Shown here: piece after piece, positions 46,488 to 55,765 of the stretch | Numbering within the stretch: position 1 is the stretch's first letter | Layout of the letters: every line of letters begins with the position of its first letter | NCBI GenBank assembly: GCA_964342815.1 | Contig: CAYFHS010000014.1 | Span: forward strand, 1 to 56,131 | Origin: an uncultured archaeon | GTDB lineage: Archaea > Thermoplasmatota > Penumbrarchaeia > JASLWR01 | Direction: 5' to 3' | DNA: 56,131 bases | Made by a program: the position numbers and the translations under genes | The notes under the pieces: generated by a model | What the model was told of the DNA's origin: nothing | Databases searched by the model: none | Seen by the model: only the letters and a program-made list of their open reading frames with translations

Positions 46488-49400
46488 ATGTACCGAACCC
46501 CATGGTCAGGTGATAATGTGCAGGGAACAGGAAAAATATTGACGATATGGTTTTTCGTAATGATATTACTGAGCGGATCGATAATTGTAAATCCCTCATT
46601 ATTTGGACGGAAAGGGATTACGTATACTGCCAGCGGGGCCACAATAACTGTTGATGACGACGGAGGACAGGATCACCAAAAAATCCAGGATGCCATAGAT
46701 GCAGCTTCCTCGGGTGACGTTATAAACGTTTTATCGGGCTTGTACGAAGAAACATTGAGCATTGTGGGAAAGACCATAACCCTCAATGGGGCGGGTATGG
46801 ACAAGACCATCATAAATGGTTCAGGAAAAGGGGTGATCTGCCTCAGTATCAATACAAATTATAATAATATTAGCGGGTTCTCTATACACAACGGAAGCAT
46901 AGGCATACTGTTGAACGGCACAGACGGAAACCGGATAAGCCAGTGCAACTTAACACGTAACGGGTTCGCAGGGCTCGCACTGAACAGGAGTGAAAACAAC
47001 ATCGTTGAAAATAATTACTGCAATGATAATGAGTGGGGAATAAGAATTAACGATTCATCAAGAAATGTACTTATGAACAATACCTGCAGTTCTAATGGGA
47101 GGGACGGGATTAACCTCACCTTTTCGAACAATCACGTATTGTCCAACAACACGTGTCGTTCCAATGATGAAAACGGGATATTCATCGGCAATTCGGACTG
47201 GAACACGATAAACAACAGCGATCTTCAATACAATGCCTGGGTGAGAGCAGCAGCCGGTGTAAAATTCTTTCGCTCGAACAATAATTCAGTGAAGGAATGT
47301 CAACTGAGCAACAATGGTCGTCAGGATTTTTTCAATTCTCGTGGCGAAGGTTTTCATGCGTCCGAATCTGATGACAACTTGATAAAAAATAACAATATAT
47401 CGGCCAACTGGAGATTTGGATTGAATATAGACAGGGGAAGTATGAGAAATCGGGTCAGTTATAATCTGGCAACCTCCAACACGCAGGGTGTTGCACTACT
47501 GCTCATGCCAGGATGCATGGATAATATAATTGACAATAATACTGGTCTGAAGAATTTTCAGGGAATATATGTATGGGGAGGTACCAGAAACGTAATTGAG
47601 AACAATTCCATGAATACATCAGTGAATTTCGGTCTGATACTGTATATCGACGCAGCTCAGAATCTGGTGAAGCAAAATAATTTTAGTCTGAATCCAAGCG
47701 GTGGCCTGCTTATTTTCGATGCTACCAATAATCAACTTTGGAACAACAGCTGTTTTTCCAACTCAGTAGGTATACAGTTATGGGACGATTCAGACAACAA
47801 TGTAATTACGGAAAATCTTTTGATGAACAATACAGTGAGCGGCATCATGATACTGGCCGCAGCCTGCCAAAACAATTTGATCTATCATAATACCATGATA
47901 AAGAACAACGGGACCGGTGGGATACAGGGACATGATTGGGGACAGAACAACGTTTGGGATGATGGTGCGGGTGCAGGGAATTTTTGGTCGGATTACTTAA
48001 ATCAACGGTATAACGCCAGCCACGACGGTAACGTATGGAATATGACATACGAGATGGGAGGAAAGGGTGGTGGAAACGACCGATTTTCTCTTGCGGCACT
48101 TCCGGACCCGGCTATCGATACTGAAAATCCGATATTTATGGAGGACAATACAACTCTGAAGGCAACTACAGGTGACATGTTCAATTTAAGCATAAATGTC
48201 TCCGATGATGTGGGTTTTAGAAAAGTCAGCGGCTTTTATTCTTACAGCGATAACGAGAAACTGAATCTGGCTTATATGAAATTTTACGCCAACGATAACT
48301 GGTATCGAAATATTCAGATGCGTGAAAATGCCACGGGTTTCAGCTATTATTTCGAAATAGAGGATTATATGGGAAATTCCATTACAACAGGTGAAAAGGA
48401 CGTCATAATAATAGATAACGATCCGCCCGAGCTTAGAAACGATACAACTCACAATGCAGCCACCACCGGCGACAGTTTCACATTCAATGCAAAGATCACG
48501 GACAACATTGGGATGGATTTTGTCAATGTCACATATACATACGACCATAACACCGAATACAACTTCTCAATGACCGAGGGATTAGATGATACCTGGAGCA
48601 GGACTATAACGGTTGAGGAAGGAGTCGAGAACCTGGATTATTATTTCTTTTATGGGGACGTCTCCGACAACACCAATAATTCACAGTTGGAGAGAGTCAT
48701 TGTACGAGATAACGACCTCCCATTCATTCTAAAAGACAATACGGGATCCCTGCCAACCACCGGTGATCCATTCGCATTCGCCGGTAATTTTTCGGACAAT
48801 ATCGAAGTGTCGGAAGTATATGTCAATTACTCCATCAACGGAATTGAATTCCTGCCAAGATCCCTTGTAAACGATGAAGACCAAAGATGGACCATTACAA
48901 TAATAATACCCACAAATGGAACTAATCTAAGCTACCATTTTCACTTCATGGATAACGATGGAAATGCCGTGACCACGCTTGAAAGTTCATTGGAAATTGT
49001 GGATAATGACCTTCCCGATTTTATGACTGACGGCACCTCTGAAGAGGCTACCACAGGGGACGAGCTGATATTCCAGACCTTCGTCACGGACAATATTGGA
49101 ATCTCAATTGTCAAGGTAGTATATACTTATGGTATAAGCGATACAAAAAATGAAAGTATGACCAACGAAGGGAGAGGCACTCCAGAGATGTTCTCAAAGA
49201 CGGTCACGGTGGACCCAGGAGCCATACTCGTTGATTACCATTTCTACATGGAAGATGAAAGTGGAAATTGGAATGTCACAGACACGATAGTACTCTTCGT
49301 TTCCGACAATGATCGACCTGTTGCAGATGCCGGTGATGATAGATGGATTGACCAGCTCACGAAAGTTACCTTCGACGGGAGTGGGTCTTATGACAATATA

Positions 49401-51317
49401 GAGTTGGATGAGTATGAATGGTCTTTCGGCTATGACGGGAAAAAAACATATATTTACGGGGATGACGCTAAGTTCACATTCATAACTGCAGGGATTTATG
49501 AGGTAACTCTGAATGTTACGGATACGTCCGGAAACTGGAAAAATGACACTATGACCGTCACAGTAAACGACACGACCAAACCCTCCGCAATGGCCGGGAA
49601 CGACCATTACGGACCTATCGGTACCGAGATCAAATTCAACGCCAGCTCAAGTACGGATAACGTTGGAATAGTGGAATACGGCTGGGGTTTCAAGTATAAC
49701 GACAGCCAGATAAATTTCACAGGAGAGGTAGGCTATTTCACCTTTCTGATCCCCGGTCGCTACGAGGTTCTACTTGTGGTCAAGGATGGCATGGGTAACT
49801 GGAACACCGATACGGTTGCCGTGGAGATAATTGACGATACACCTCCGGTGGCAGATGCAGGTCCCGATCAGACTGTGGCAAAAGGGACCACTGTCAGATT
49901 CAACGGAACGGGGTCCACAGATAATGCGCGTATAGAAAATTACACCTGGAGTTTTGAATACAACGACACAAAGTGGGAATTGTACGGCATCTCACCAGAA
50001 TTCCGTTTCGATATTCCGGACAGTTACTCCATCAAACTCAGGGTTACAGATGCAGGCGGTAACAGTAAATCCGATACCATGGAGCTTATCGTGGAAAAAG
50101 GAGCAGGGGGGGATGATACCGAGGAACCGGATGACGATCTCGATCCCACCGATACCGATGGAGGCGTACAGGGTGTGGATTTCAATTTGATATTGATCAT
50201 AGCCGGGATAATCGTGGTATTGGTCGTGATCTTCATCATTGTGTTTCTGGTTATCAGGAAAAGGAAGGGGCAGAAAGGAGAGGAGAAAGACGAACCGCTT
50301 ATCGATAAGGAAAGGATAGACATCCCGGAGGGAACCGGCACGGCCCCTGCTGGAGACACAGCCCCGGAAGCACCCGCTGTATCTTCGATACCACTGAGAG
50401 AAGATGGGGCACCAGCACCAGTGGAATGCCCGATTTGCACCGGCTGCGGGCAGCCGTCAAAGTACTACCAGGAGTACAATTGCTACTGGTGTCTGGGCTG
50501 TCAGGCATACGTTTATGGAGAGGATTCATCAGAGTATGCAGAGGATGATAGTTCTCTACTGGAGCCACAACAGCTTCCATCGCCTGAAGAGCACGATGAA
50601 CTTCCGATCACCTCAATGGACGGGGGAAAAGAAACTACAAAAGCTCTCCCAGAAGCCCCGTTGGATAAGGTATTCGATCTAGGCTTGGACGAAAGTGTAA
50701 AAGCCGAAAAGGAGACCGTAATCCCGGTGACAGCGGTAGATGCGTCTGGGACTGCGGAAATCGAAACCGTGAAAGAGCCGGGGGGAGAAAGTGCTGAAAG
50801 CGAAGCCGAAAAGAGGAAAGAAGACGAAGAAACCCCCGAAAAGAGTGACAAATCCACTCAATCCGAGAAGACCGTAGCAGAGGACGGGACTTCAGACTCC
50901 GAGCCACCTGGTACGGAAAAACCTAAGGAACTTGTCACGGAGGGTACTGAGATAAAGGTGGAGAGCGTGTCCGTAGACGATGAGAAATCCTTAGAGGCGG
51001 TGGAAAAAACAGTTCAACCCGAGAAAGCAGCAGCCGGGGAAGTAGATAATGTCACCACGGCAAGTGATAACGGTGATACGGAAAGCGAGAAGAAGGAAGT
51101 TACGGCAAAGGATGAGTCCATTGAGGAAGAAAAAGATGGTCAAAACACGGAAACGGATAATCCCGAAGAAGATAAATCCTCTGAGGTTAAAGAAGAAGCT
51201 GTCACGAAAGCAACAGCCTCGGATGAAAATGAAACCGACGGAACCGACGCCGAAGGCGACAAGAGAGAACAAGAAGAACTCGATTCCATGCTGGACGACC
51301 TGTTGGTGGGTCTCTAA
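46488..51317 (+). CDS. Large surface protein: signal/TM, NosD-like beta-helix, four Ig-like repeats, three PKD domains, TM, and a cytoplasmic Zn ribbon with acidic tail
   Basis: KIQDAIDAA..GD.I.V..G.Y.E; Asn-rich repeats; GNFWSDY; TTGD.F.F repeats; three (V/S)A(D/M)AG.D...FD/FN.S.S.DN units; LILIIAGIIVVLVVIFIIVFLVI followed by RKRK. Confidence 0.85.
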   Translation: MYRTPWSGDNVQGTGKILTIWFFVMILLSGSIIVNPSLFGRKGITYTASGATITVDDDGGQDHQKIQDAIDAASSGDVINVLSGLYEETLSIVGKTITLNGAGMDKTIINGSGKGVICLSINTNYNNISGFSIHNGSIGILLNGTDGNRISQCNLTRNGFAGLALNRSENNIVENNYCNDNEWGIRINDSSRNVLMNNTCSSNGRDGINLTFSNNHVLSNNTCRSNDENGIFIGNSDWNTINNSDLQYNAWVRAAAGVKFFRSNNNSVKECQLSNNGRQDFFNSRGEGFHASESDDNLIKNNNISANWRFGLNIDRGSMRNRVSYNLATSNTQGVALLLMPGCMDNIIDNNTGLKNFQGIYVWGGTRNVIENNSMNTSVNFGLILYIDAAQNLVKQNNFSLNPSGGLLIFDATNNQLWNNSCFSNSVGIQLWDDSDNNVITENLLMNNTVSGIMILAAACQNNLIYHNTMIKNNGTGGIQGHDWGQNNVWDDGAGAGNFWSDYLNQRYNASHDGNVWNMTYEMGGKGGGNDRFSLAALPDPAIDTENPIFMEDNTTLKATTGDMFNLSINVSDDVGFRKVSGFYSYSDNEKLNLAYMKFYANDNWYRNIQMRENATGFSYYFEIEDYMGNSITTGEKDVIIIDNDPPELRNDTTHNAATTGDSFTFNAKITDNIGMDFVNVTYTYDHNTEYNFSMTEGLDDTWSRTITVEEGVENLDYYFFYGDVSDNTNNSQLERVIVRDNDLPFILKDNTGSLPTTGDPFAFAGNFSDNIEVSEVYVNYSINGIEFLPRSLVNDEDQRWTITIIIPTNGTNLSYHFHFMDNDGNAVTTLESSLEIVDNDLPDFMTDGTSEEATTGDELIFQTFVTDNIGISIVKVVYTYGISDTKNESMTNEGRGTPEMFSKTVTVDPGAILVDYHFYMEDESGNWNVTDTIVLFVSDNDRPVADAGDDRWIDQLTKVTFDGSGSYDNIELDEYEWSFGYDGKKTYIYGDDAKFTFITAGIYEVTLNVTDTSGNWKNDTMTVTVNDTTKPSAMAGNDHYGPIGTEIKFNASSSTDNVGIVEYGWGFKYNDSQINFTGEVGYFTFLIPGRYEVLLVVKDGMGNWNTDTVAVEIIDDTPPVADAGPDQTVAKGTTVRFNGTGSTDNARIENYTWSFEYNDTKWELYGISPEFRFDIPDSYSIKLRVTDAGGNSKSDTMELIVEKGAGGDDTEEPDDDLDPTDTDGGVQGVDFNLILIIAGIIVVLVVIFIIVFLVIRKRKGQKGEEKDEPLIDKERIDIPEGTGTAPAGDTAPEAPAVSSIPLREDGAPAPVECPICTGCGQPSKYYQEYNCYWCLGCQAYVYGEDSSEYAEDDSSLLEPQQLPSPEEHDELPITSMDGGKETTKALPEAPLDKVFDLGLDESVKAEKETVIPVTAVDASGTAEIETVKEPGGESAESEAEKRKEDEETPEKSDKSTQSEKTVAEDGTSDSEPPGTEKPKELVTEGTEIKVESVSVDDEKSLEAVEKTVQPEKAAAGEVDNVTTASDNGDTESEKKEVTAKDESIEEEKDGQNTETDNPEEDKSSEVKEEAVTKATASDENETDGTDAEGDKREQEELDSMLDDLLVGL

Positions 51318-51494
51318 CAATTTGCTTCAGATATTGCGATTATTATATATAATAACAACAAAAAGACCGATACCATTATAAGTGTTTATTGGTAATGGAC
51401 CGAACGACATTCATATCTGTGGAAAAAAAAACATCTATATTTATGTAGCGTTTCAGTCCAGAGAACTTGATAAATTAATGAAAATTATATCCGG

Positions 51495-52976
51495 GTGAAA
51501 ATTATGGCTCCGTGTCCTATATGCAAGAACGAAACTACTTTTTACGAGCAATATGGCCAATGGTACTGTTTTACTTGTAATGCGTACCAGTCACAGATCG
51601 AAGAAGCAATGAAAGTGCATCAACAGCAGACACCCGCACCAGCGGCTCAGACTCAAGCTCCTGCGGCTTCTGTCAGCGATCAGGAGAAATGTCCGAACTG
51701 CGGCCATGATATTAAACCCGGTTGGTTCATATGCCCCGGTTGCCAGGCAATGATCGAACCGAAGGGCAAAGAGGGACAGGAAGCTGCAGCGGGAACGCAG
51801 CAGCAAGTACCAGCACCTCAGCAACAGGCTGCCGTTCAGCAACAGGCAACGGCAATACCTCAGCAACAGGCTGCCGTTCAGCAACAGGCAACGGCAATAC
51901 CTCAGCAACAGGCTGCCGTTCAGCAACAGGCAACGGCAATACCTCAGCAACAAGTCCCTGCAGTCCAGCAACAACAGGTGCCAATGCCTCAACAACAAAC
52001 ACCAGTACCTGCAGCTAAGAGCGGGACCGCGAAAGACCACGACCACTGGCTTCTTACCGGAATGAAATATATTAAACGGAAGGATTACAAAAAGTCGCTT
52101 AAGGCTTTTGGAAAGGCATCGAAAATGGATCCAACTAGCCATAATGCTTGGTATCAAAAGAGCGTCGTCTATAATCTGATGGGACAATCGGGCAAGGCAA
52201 AAAAGTGTCTTGGCAAGGTTGTAAAGTTGAATAAGGGACTAAACGTTTATTTGAAAAAATATGCTGCCAGAATTCAAAGGAAGAAAAGCAGCGCAACCGC
52301 TTTCAGCCCGCCGACTCCTTCGGGGGAAATGCCGCCCCCGGCTGATCCCGAACCCCCCGGGTTACCGGATCCCGTACCCGCAGCCCCAATGCCATATCAA
52401 GCCCAGCCATATCCAGCGGCCCCAATTCCTGCTCAACCGCAAGAACCAGTGGTTCCTGTACCCCCAGCTGCGGTAAGTTCACCACAATCATATCCGGTAC
52501 AAGCTCAAGCAGCTCCACCGGTCCAGGAACCGATCGTCCAGCAGTCAGCTGTGACACAGGTTCCACCGGTCCAGACCCCCGCTCAAATTCATGCTCAACC
52601 GCAAGAACCAGTTACGGCTGCCCCACCTGCCCAAATGCAAGTACCCGTGACCGCGGCTCCAATTCCTACTCAACCACATGAACCGGCGGCAAAGGCACCC
52701 CCCACCGCACAAACAGCTCCAGTAGCCCCGACTGCTCCAGCCCAAACAGCTCCAGTAGCCCCGACTGCTCCAGCTCAAACAGCTCCCGCGGTCCAGGCTC
52801 AACCGGAGATTCCCATAGAACAATCCGCACCCACAGAAGAAGTGAAGGAAAAAACCGAGGTGGTGGCTCCCGCGGAACCTGAAAAAAACGAAACGGAACC
52901 GAAGGCTGATACAGGAACTAAAGCAAAAGGAAATGACCTTGATGATATGCTGGGAGAACTACTGGAAGGCCTTTGA
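51495..52976 (+). CDS. Cytoplasmic protein with two Zn ribbons, Gln-rich repeats, two TPR motifs and a Pro/Ala-rich tail
   Basis: CPIC...WYCFTC; CPNCG...CPGC; three copies of PQQQAAVQQQATAI; YKKSLKAFGKASKMDPTSHNAWYQKSVVY. Start is GTG 51495 or ATG 51504. Confidence 0.75.
   Translation: MKIMAPCPICKNETTFYEQYGQWYCFTCNAYQSQIEEAMKVHQQQTPAPAAQTQAPAASVSDQEKCPNCGHDIKPGWFICPGCQAMIEPKGKEGQEAAAGTQQQVPAPQQQAAVQQQATAIPQQQAAVQQQATAIPQQQAAVQQQATAIPQQQVPAVQQQQVPMPQQQTPVPAAKSGTAKDHDHWLLTGMKYIKRKDYKKSLKAFGKASKMDPTSHNAWYQKSVVYNLMGQSGKAKKCLGKVVKLNKGLNVYLKKYAARIQRKKSSATAFSPPTPSGEMPPPADPEPPGLPDPVPAAPMPYQAQPYPAAPIPAQPQEPVVPVPPAAVSSPQSYPVQAQAAPPVQEPIVQQSAVTQVPPVQTPAQIHAQPQEPVTAAPPAQMQVPVTAAPIPTQPHEPAAKAPPTAQTAPVAPTAPAQTAPVAPTAPAQTAPAVQAQPEIPIEQSAPTEEVKEKTEVVAPAEPEKNETEPKADTGTKAKGNDLDDMLGELLEGL
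51816..51941 (+). repeat. Coding tandem repeat: three exact 42-bp units (PQQQAAVQQQATAI)
   Basis: Identical units start at 51816, 51858 and 51900. Confidence 0.95.
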
Positions 52977-52987
52977 TTCATAAAAAA

Positions 52988-53164
52988 TTACATCGGGTTC
53001 ACTGCATTCATGACCTCGAGAGTAATAACAATGACCGCCACGGCTATCAGCATGTAACGGGGATCTATCTTCACAGCGGTTTCTTCCTCAGCGTCAAAAT
53101 ACCTGATAAGACCTGCAGCGGAATGGAAACCCTCGCCTTTTTTCCCCTTTTTAGGTGGTGCCAT
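52988..53164 (-). CDS. Preprotein translocase subunit Sec61beta
   Basis: MAPPKKGKK..GFHSAAGLIRYFD.EE..VKIDP followed by a single TM segment. Confidence 0.88.
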   Translation of the reverse strand: MAPPKKGKKGEGFHSAAGLIRYFDAEEETAVKIDPRYMLIAVAVIVITLEVMNAVNPM

Positions 53165-53434
53165 ATTAGTCAATCTCCCAAATCAATGAATAATTCTATG
53201 GTGATTCGTATGCGAGACTGCATACATCAACAGGACAGGTAAATTCTCGGGGATATATATAAAACTTTATCGTTAAAAAAAAAAAAAAGAATCATACACC
53301 CCTTTCCATTGCTAAATAAGGGAATTCGGTCATTTCCTAATACCTTCAGAGGTCCGAACAAAACAAATTGTACCAGTATTGAGCTGTTATTTTCAACGAC
53401 ATTTTTATATCTACTGCCATTTATCTCCTATGTC

Positions 53435-54385
53435 ATGAGATTGGTATTCTTGGGTACGGGAGGTGCGTGGCCCACAAAAAAAAGGAATGTGTCCTCTACG
53501 GCCTTGATCTTCCGTGACAAGGTTATTCTGGTGGATTGCGGAGAGGGGACACAACGCCAGATACATTGGTCGAACTTCTCTTTCATGAAGATCAGCCACG
53601 TTCTTATAACCCATTTCCATACTGACCATTTTTTAGGTCTCTTTGGTTTAATAGAGAGCATGTACCTTAACGAACGCGAAAAACCCCTGGAGATAATCGG
53701 ACCCCTGGGCCTTTCCCGGCTCATAGATAGTCTGGTAACATTGGGTATGATCAAAAACGCCTTCCCAATAAGGGTCACCGAAATGGATGACGGGGGAATT
53801 CTCGATATTGAGGGCGCTTCCGTGACGGCTTTTGTGAACAGTCATGGTGTCAGAAGTCTCGGTTACGTAATTCGGGAGAACAATCGAAAAGGAAAGTTCA
53901 ACCGCGACAAGGCAAAAGAGCTCGGGATACCTGAAGGCCCCCTGTTTGGAAAACTTCAGCGGGGCGATGATATCACCATTGAGGAAAAGGTCATCGTACC
54001 GGAAATGGTAATGGGTCCCCCCCGGCCTGGTCGAAGACTGGTTTTTTCCGGGGACACTCATCTCTGCCCAGAGCTCGTAAAGCAGGCCGCGGACGCAGAC
54101 GTTCTGGTACATGAGTCCACCTATGGGGAGGATATGAGTGAGAAGGCCAAAGAGTACAAACATTCCACTGCGAAACTAGCCGCGGAGGCAGCAAGAGACG
54201 CCGGTGCAAGATACCTGATCCTGACCCACATCTCTCCCAGATATGACGATACCGCGCAGTTGATAATGGAAGCAAAAAAAGTTTTCGAAAATACGATTAT
54301 TGCCGAAGACTTGACGGAAGTGATGGTCCCGTACCGGGACAGCGGGAACGAAATAACAATAATCGCTCCCACCGGATACGATTGA
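53435..54385 (+). CDS. rnz: Ribonuclease Z
   Basis: VFLGTGG, VDCGEGTQRQ, THFHTDH, exosite GIPEGPLFGKLQRG, FSGDT, VHEST, HST and LTHISPRY. Start set at ATG 53435. Confidence 0.95.
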   Translation: MRLVFLGTGGAWPTKKRNVSSTALIFRDKVILVDCGEGTQRQIHWSNFSFMKISHVLITHFHTDHFLGLFGLIESMYLNEREKPLEIIGPLGLSRLIDSLVTLGMIKNAFPIRVTEMDDGGILDIEGASVTAFVNSHGVRSLGYVIRENNRKGKFNRDKAKELGIPEGPLFGKLQRGDDITIEEKVIVPEMVMGPPRPGRRLVFSGDTHLCPELVKQAADADVLVHESTYGEDMSEKAKEYKHSTAKLAAEAARDAGARYLILTHISPRYDDTAQLIMEAKKVFENTIIAEDLTEVMVPYRDSGNEITIIAPTGYD

Positions 54386-54399
54386 TCCAAATATTCTCA

Positions 54400-54864
54400 T
54401 CATAGTGGGAACCTCTCCGTGCAATGCGGACAGGACGGAGGAGTTACTGGTAGATCAAGTTCCTTGCCGCAATAAGGACAGTAGGAGAATGGTTTGGGTG
54501 TTTTTGGCTCGATTCGATAGGTATGGAATTTTTGATGAGCACGATCAACTTTCGCTGTTAGGCGATCGACCTCTTCATTAAGCAATAAAACGCTTTTGGA
54601 CGACAAGCTGCCCGCGCACTGGGGAAATGAGTAGTTCAACTTTATTACGGTTTGATTGTTCAGGTAGGAAAAATTTACTATCAGGATGTATGTGGTGTTG
54701 ATATCGTGAACTGCGAAGAAACTCCCCTTTTTTCTGAATTCAATTTTCTCTGGAAACTCATTTCTCACCACGGCATACCTGTTGCTTGCGAAAAACTTTT
54801 CTATGACAGCAAACAACGGTTCGATTTCCACGATGGAAGTGATAACGCGCTTATAATCGGACAT
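54400..54864 (-). CDS. Hypothetical protein with a C-terminal Zn ribbon
   Basis: CPYCG..L......CPHC at the C-terminus. Confidence 0.6.
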   Translation of the reverse strand: MSDYKRVITSIVEIEPLFAVIEKFFASNRYAVVRNEFPEKIEFRKKGSFFAVHDINTTYILIVNFSYLNNQTVIKLNYSFPQCAGSLSSKSVLLLNEEVDRLTAKVDRAHQKFHTYRIEPKTPKPFSYCPYCGKELDLPVTPPSCPHCTERFPL

Positions 54865-54941
54865 AATAAAGTCCCTTCAACACTGATTTCAAGAGTATTC
54901 CAAAGTATTTTGTTAACATATTAATCTTTTTTAGTAATTCA

Positions 54942-55712
54942 TCATCCGAAATAATCCTCAACATAAACCTTGCCAAGGATCCCATCTGAAAGGTTGTTGG
55001 CCTCGAATATGACCACCTTACTTGAGGATGCCTTTAGCACCTTTGCTATCTTAGGGAAATCGATCTTACCTTTTCCAGGAATAAGATGAGAATCCTCAGT
55101 TCCATGATTGTCATGAGCGTGAATGTTGCTAATCAATTGGGGATTCGCCAGGAACTTCTCCTGCTGAGCTGATATAAAACCATGACCGATATCATAGCAA
55201 ATACCCCATTCCTTCTCGTCGAATCCTTTGGAAAGAAAATTTAGTTCCTCGAGAGTGTGACCCAACATCCATTTTCCATAGGGGAGGTTCTCAAGATTCA
55301 TGTGCACATCACAGTCGACCACCCTTGCATAAATCTCCTCCATGGACCGTCGGGCAACATTCAGAGCCCATTTTCGATCCCGCCACGTAATTGACGAGAG
55401 AGATCCGGTATGAAGGGTAACGGATTCAATCCCCAATTTAGCCGCTGAATCAATTGACGCAAGTACGCGGTCCATTGCGAGTTGTCTCGCCTCTTTGATC
55501 ACCGAGGCAAGATTGATATCGGAGAAGGGGAGATGAAGCTGTAATTCCAGATCGTATGAATCCTTCAGATCGGAAACGCGGTCCTCTATTTCCGGCAGAT
55601 AATGTTCATGCTCGCCGATCAGTTCCCATACTTCAAAATGTGGAGCGATCAGTTCGATCATATCCTCGAATGGCGTAATACAAAATGAAGGAGAAGATAT
55701 ACCTATTTTCAT
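54942..55712 (-). CDS. Sugar-phosphate isomerase/AP endonuclease 2-type TIM-barrel protein
   Basis: LHLPFSDINLAS, TLHTG, LENL, YDIGH, HAHDN, DSHL..G.G.IDF. Confidence 0.85.
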   Translation of the reverse strand: MKIGISSPSFCITPFEDMIELIAPHFEVWELIGEHEHYLPEIEDRVSDLKDSYDLELQLHLPFSDINLASVIKEARQLAMDRVLASIDSAAKLGIESVTLHTGSLSSITWRDRKWALNVARRSMEEIYARVVDCDVHMNLENLPYGKWMLGHTLEELNFLSKGFDEKEWGICYDIGHGFISAQQEKFLANPQLISNIHAHDNHGTEDSHLIPGKGKIDFPKIAKVLKASSSKVVIFEANNLSDGILGKVYVEDYFG

Positions 55713-55765
55713 GACTCTCCGTATGGGTCTGGATATTATTAATTGTTTGGATTTTTTTTATAAGC

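Noticed and set aside
53309-53434. 42-aa N-terminal extension of RNase Z
   Set aside because: The family N-terminus begins at MRLVFLGTGG (53435); the upstream part looks like AT-rich promoter DNA.
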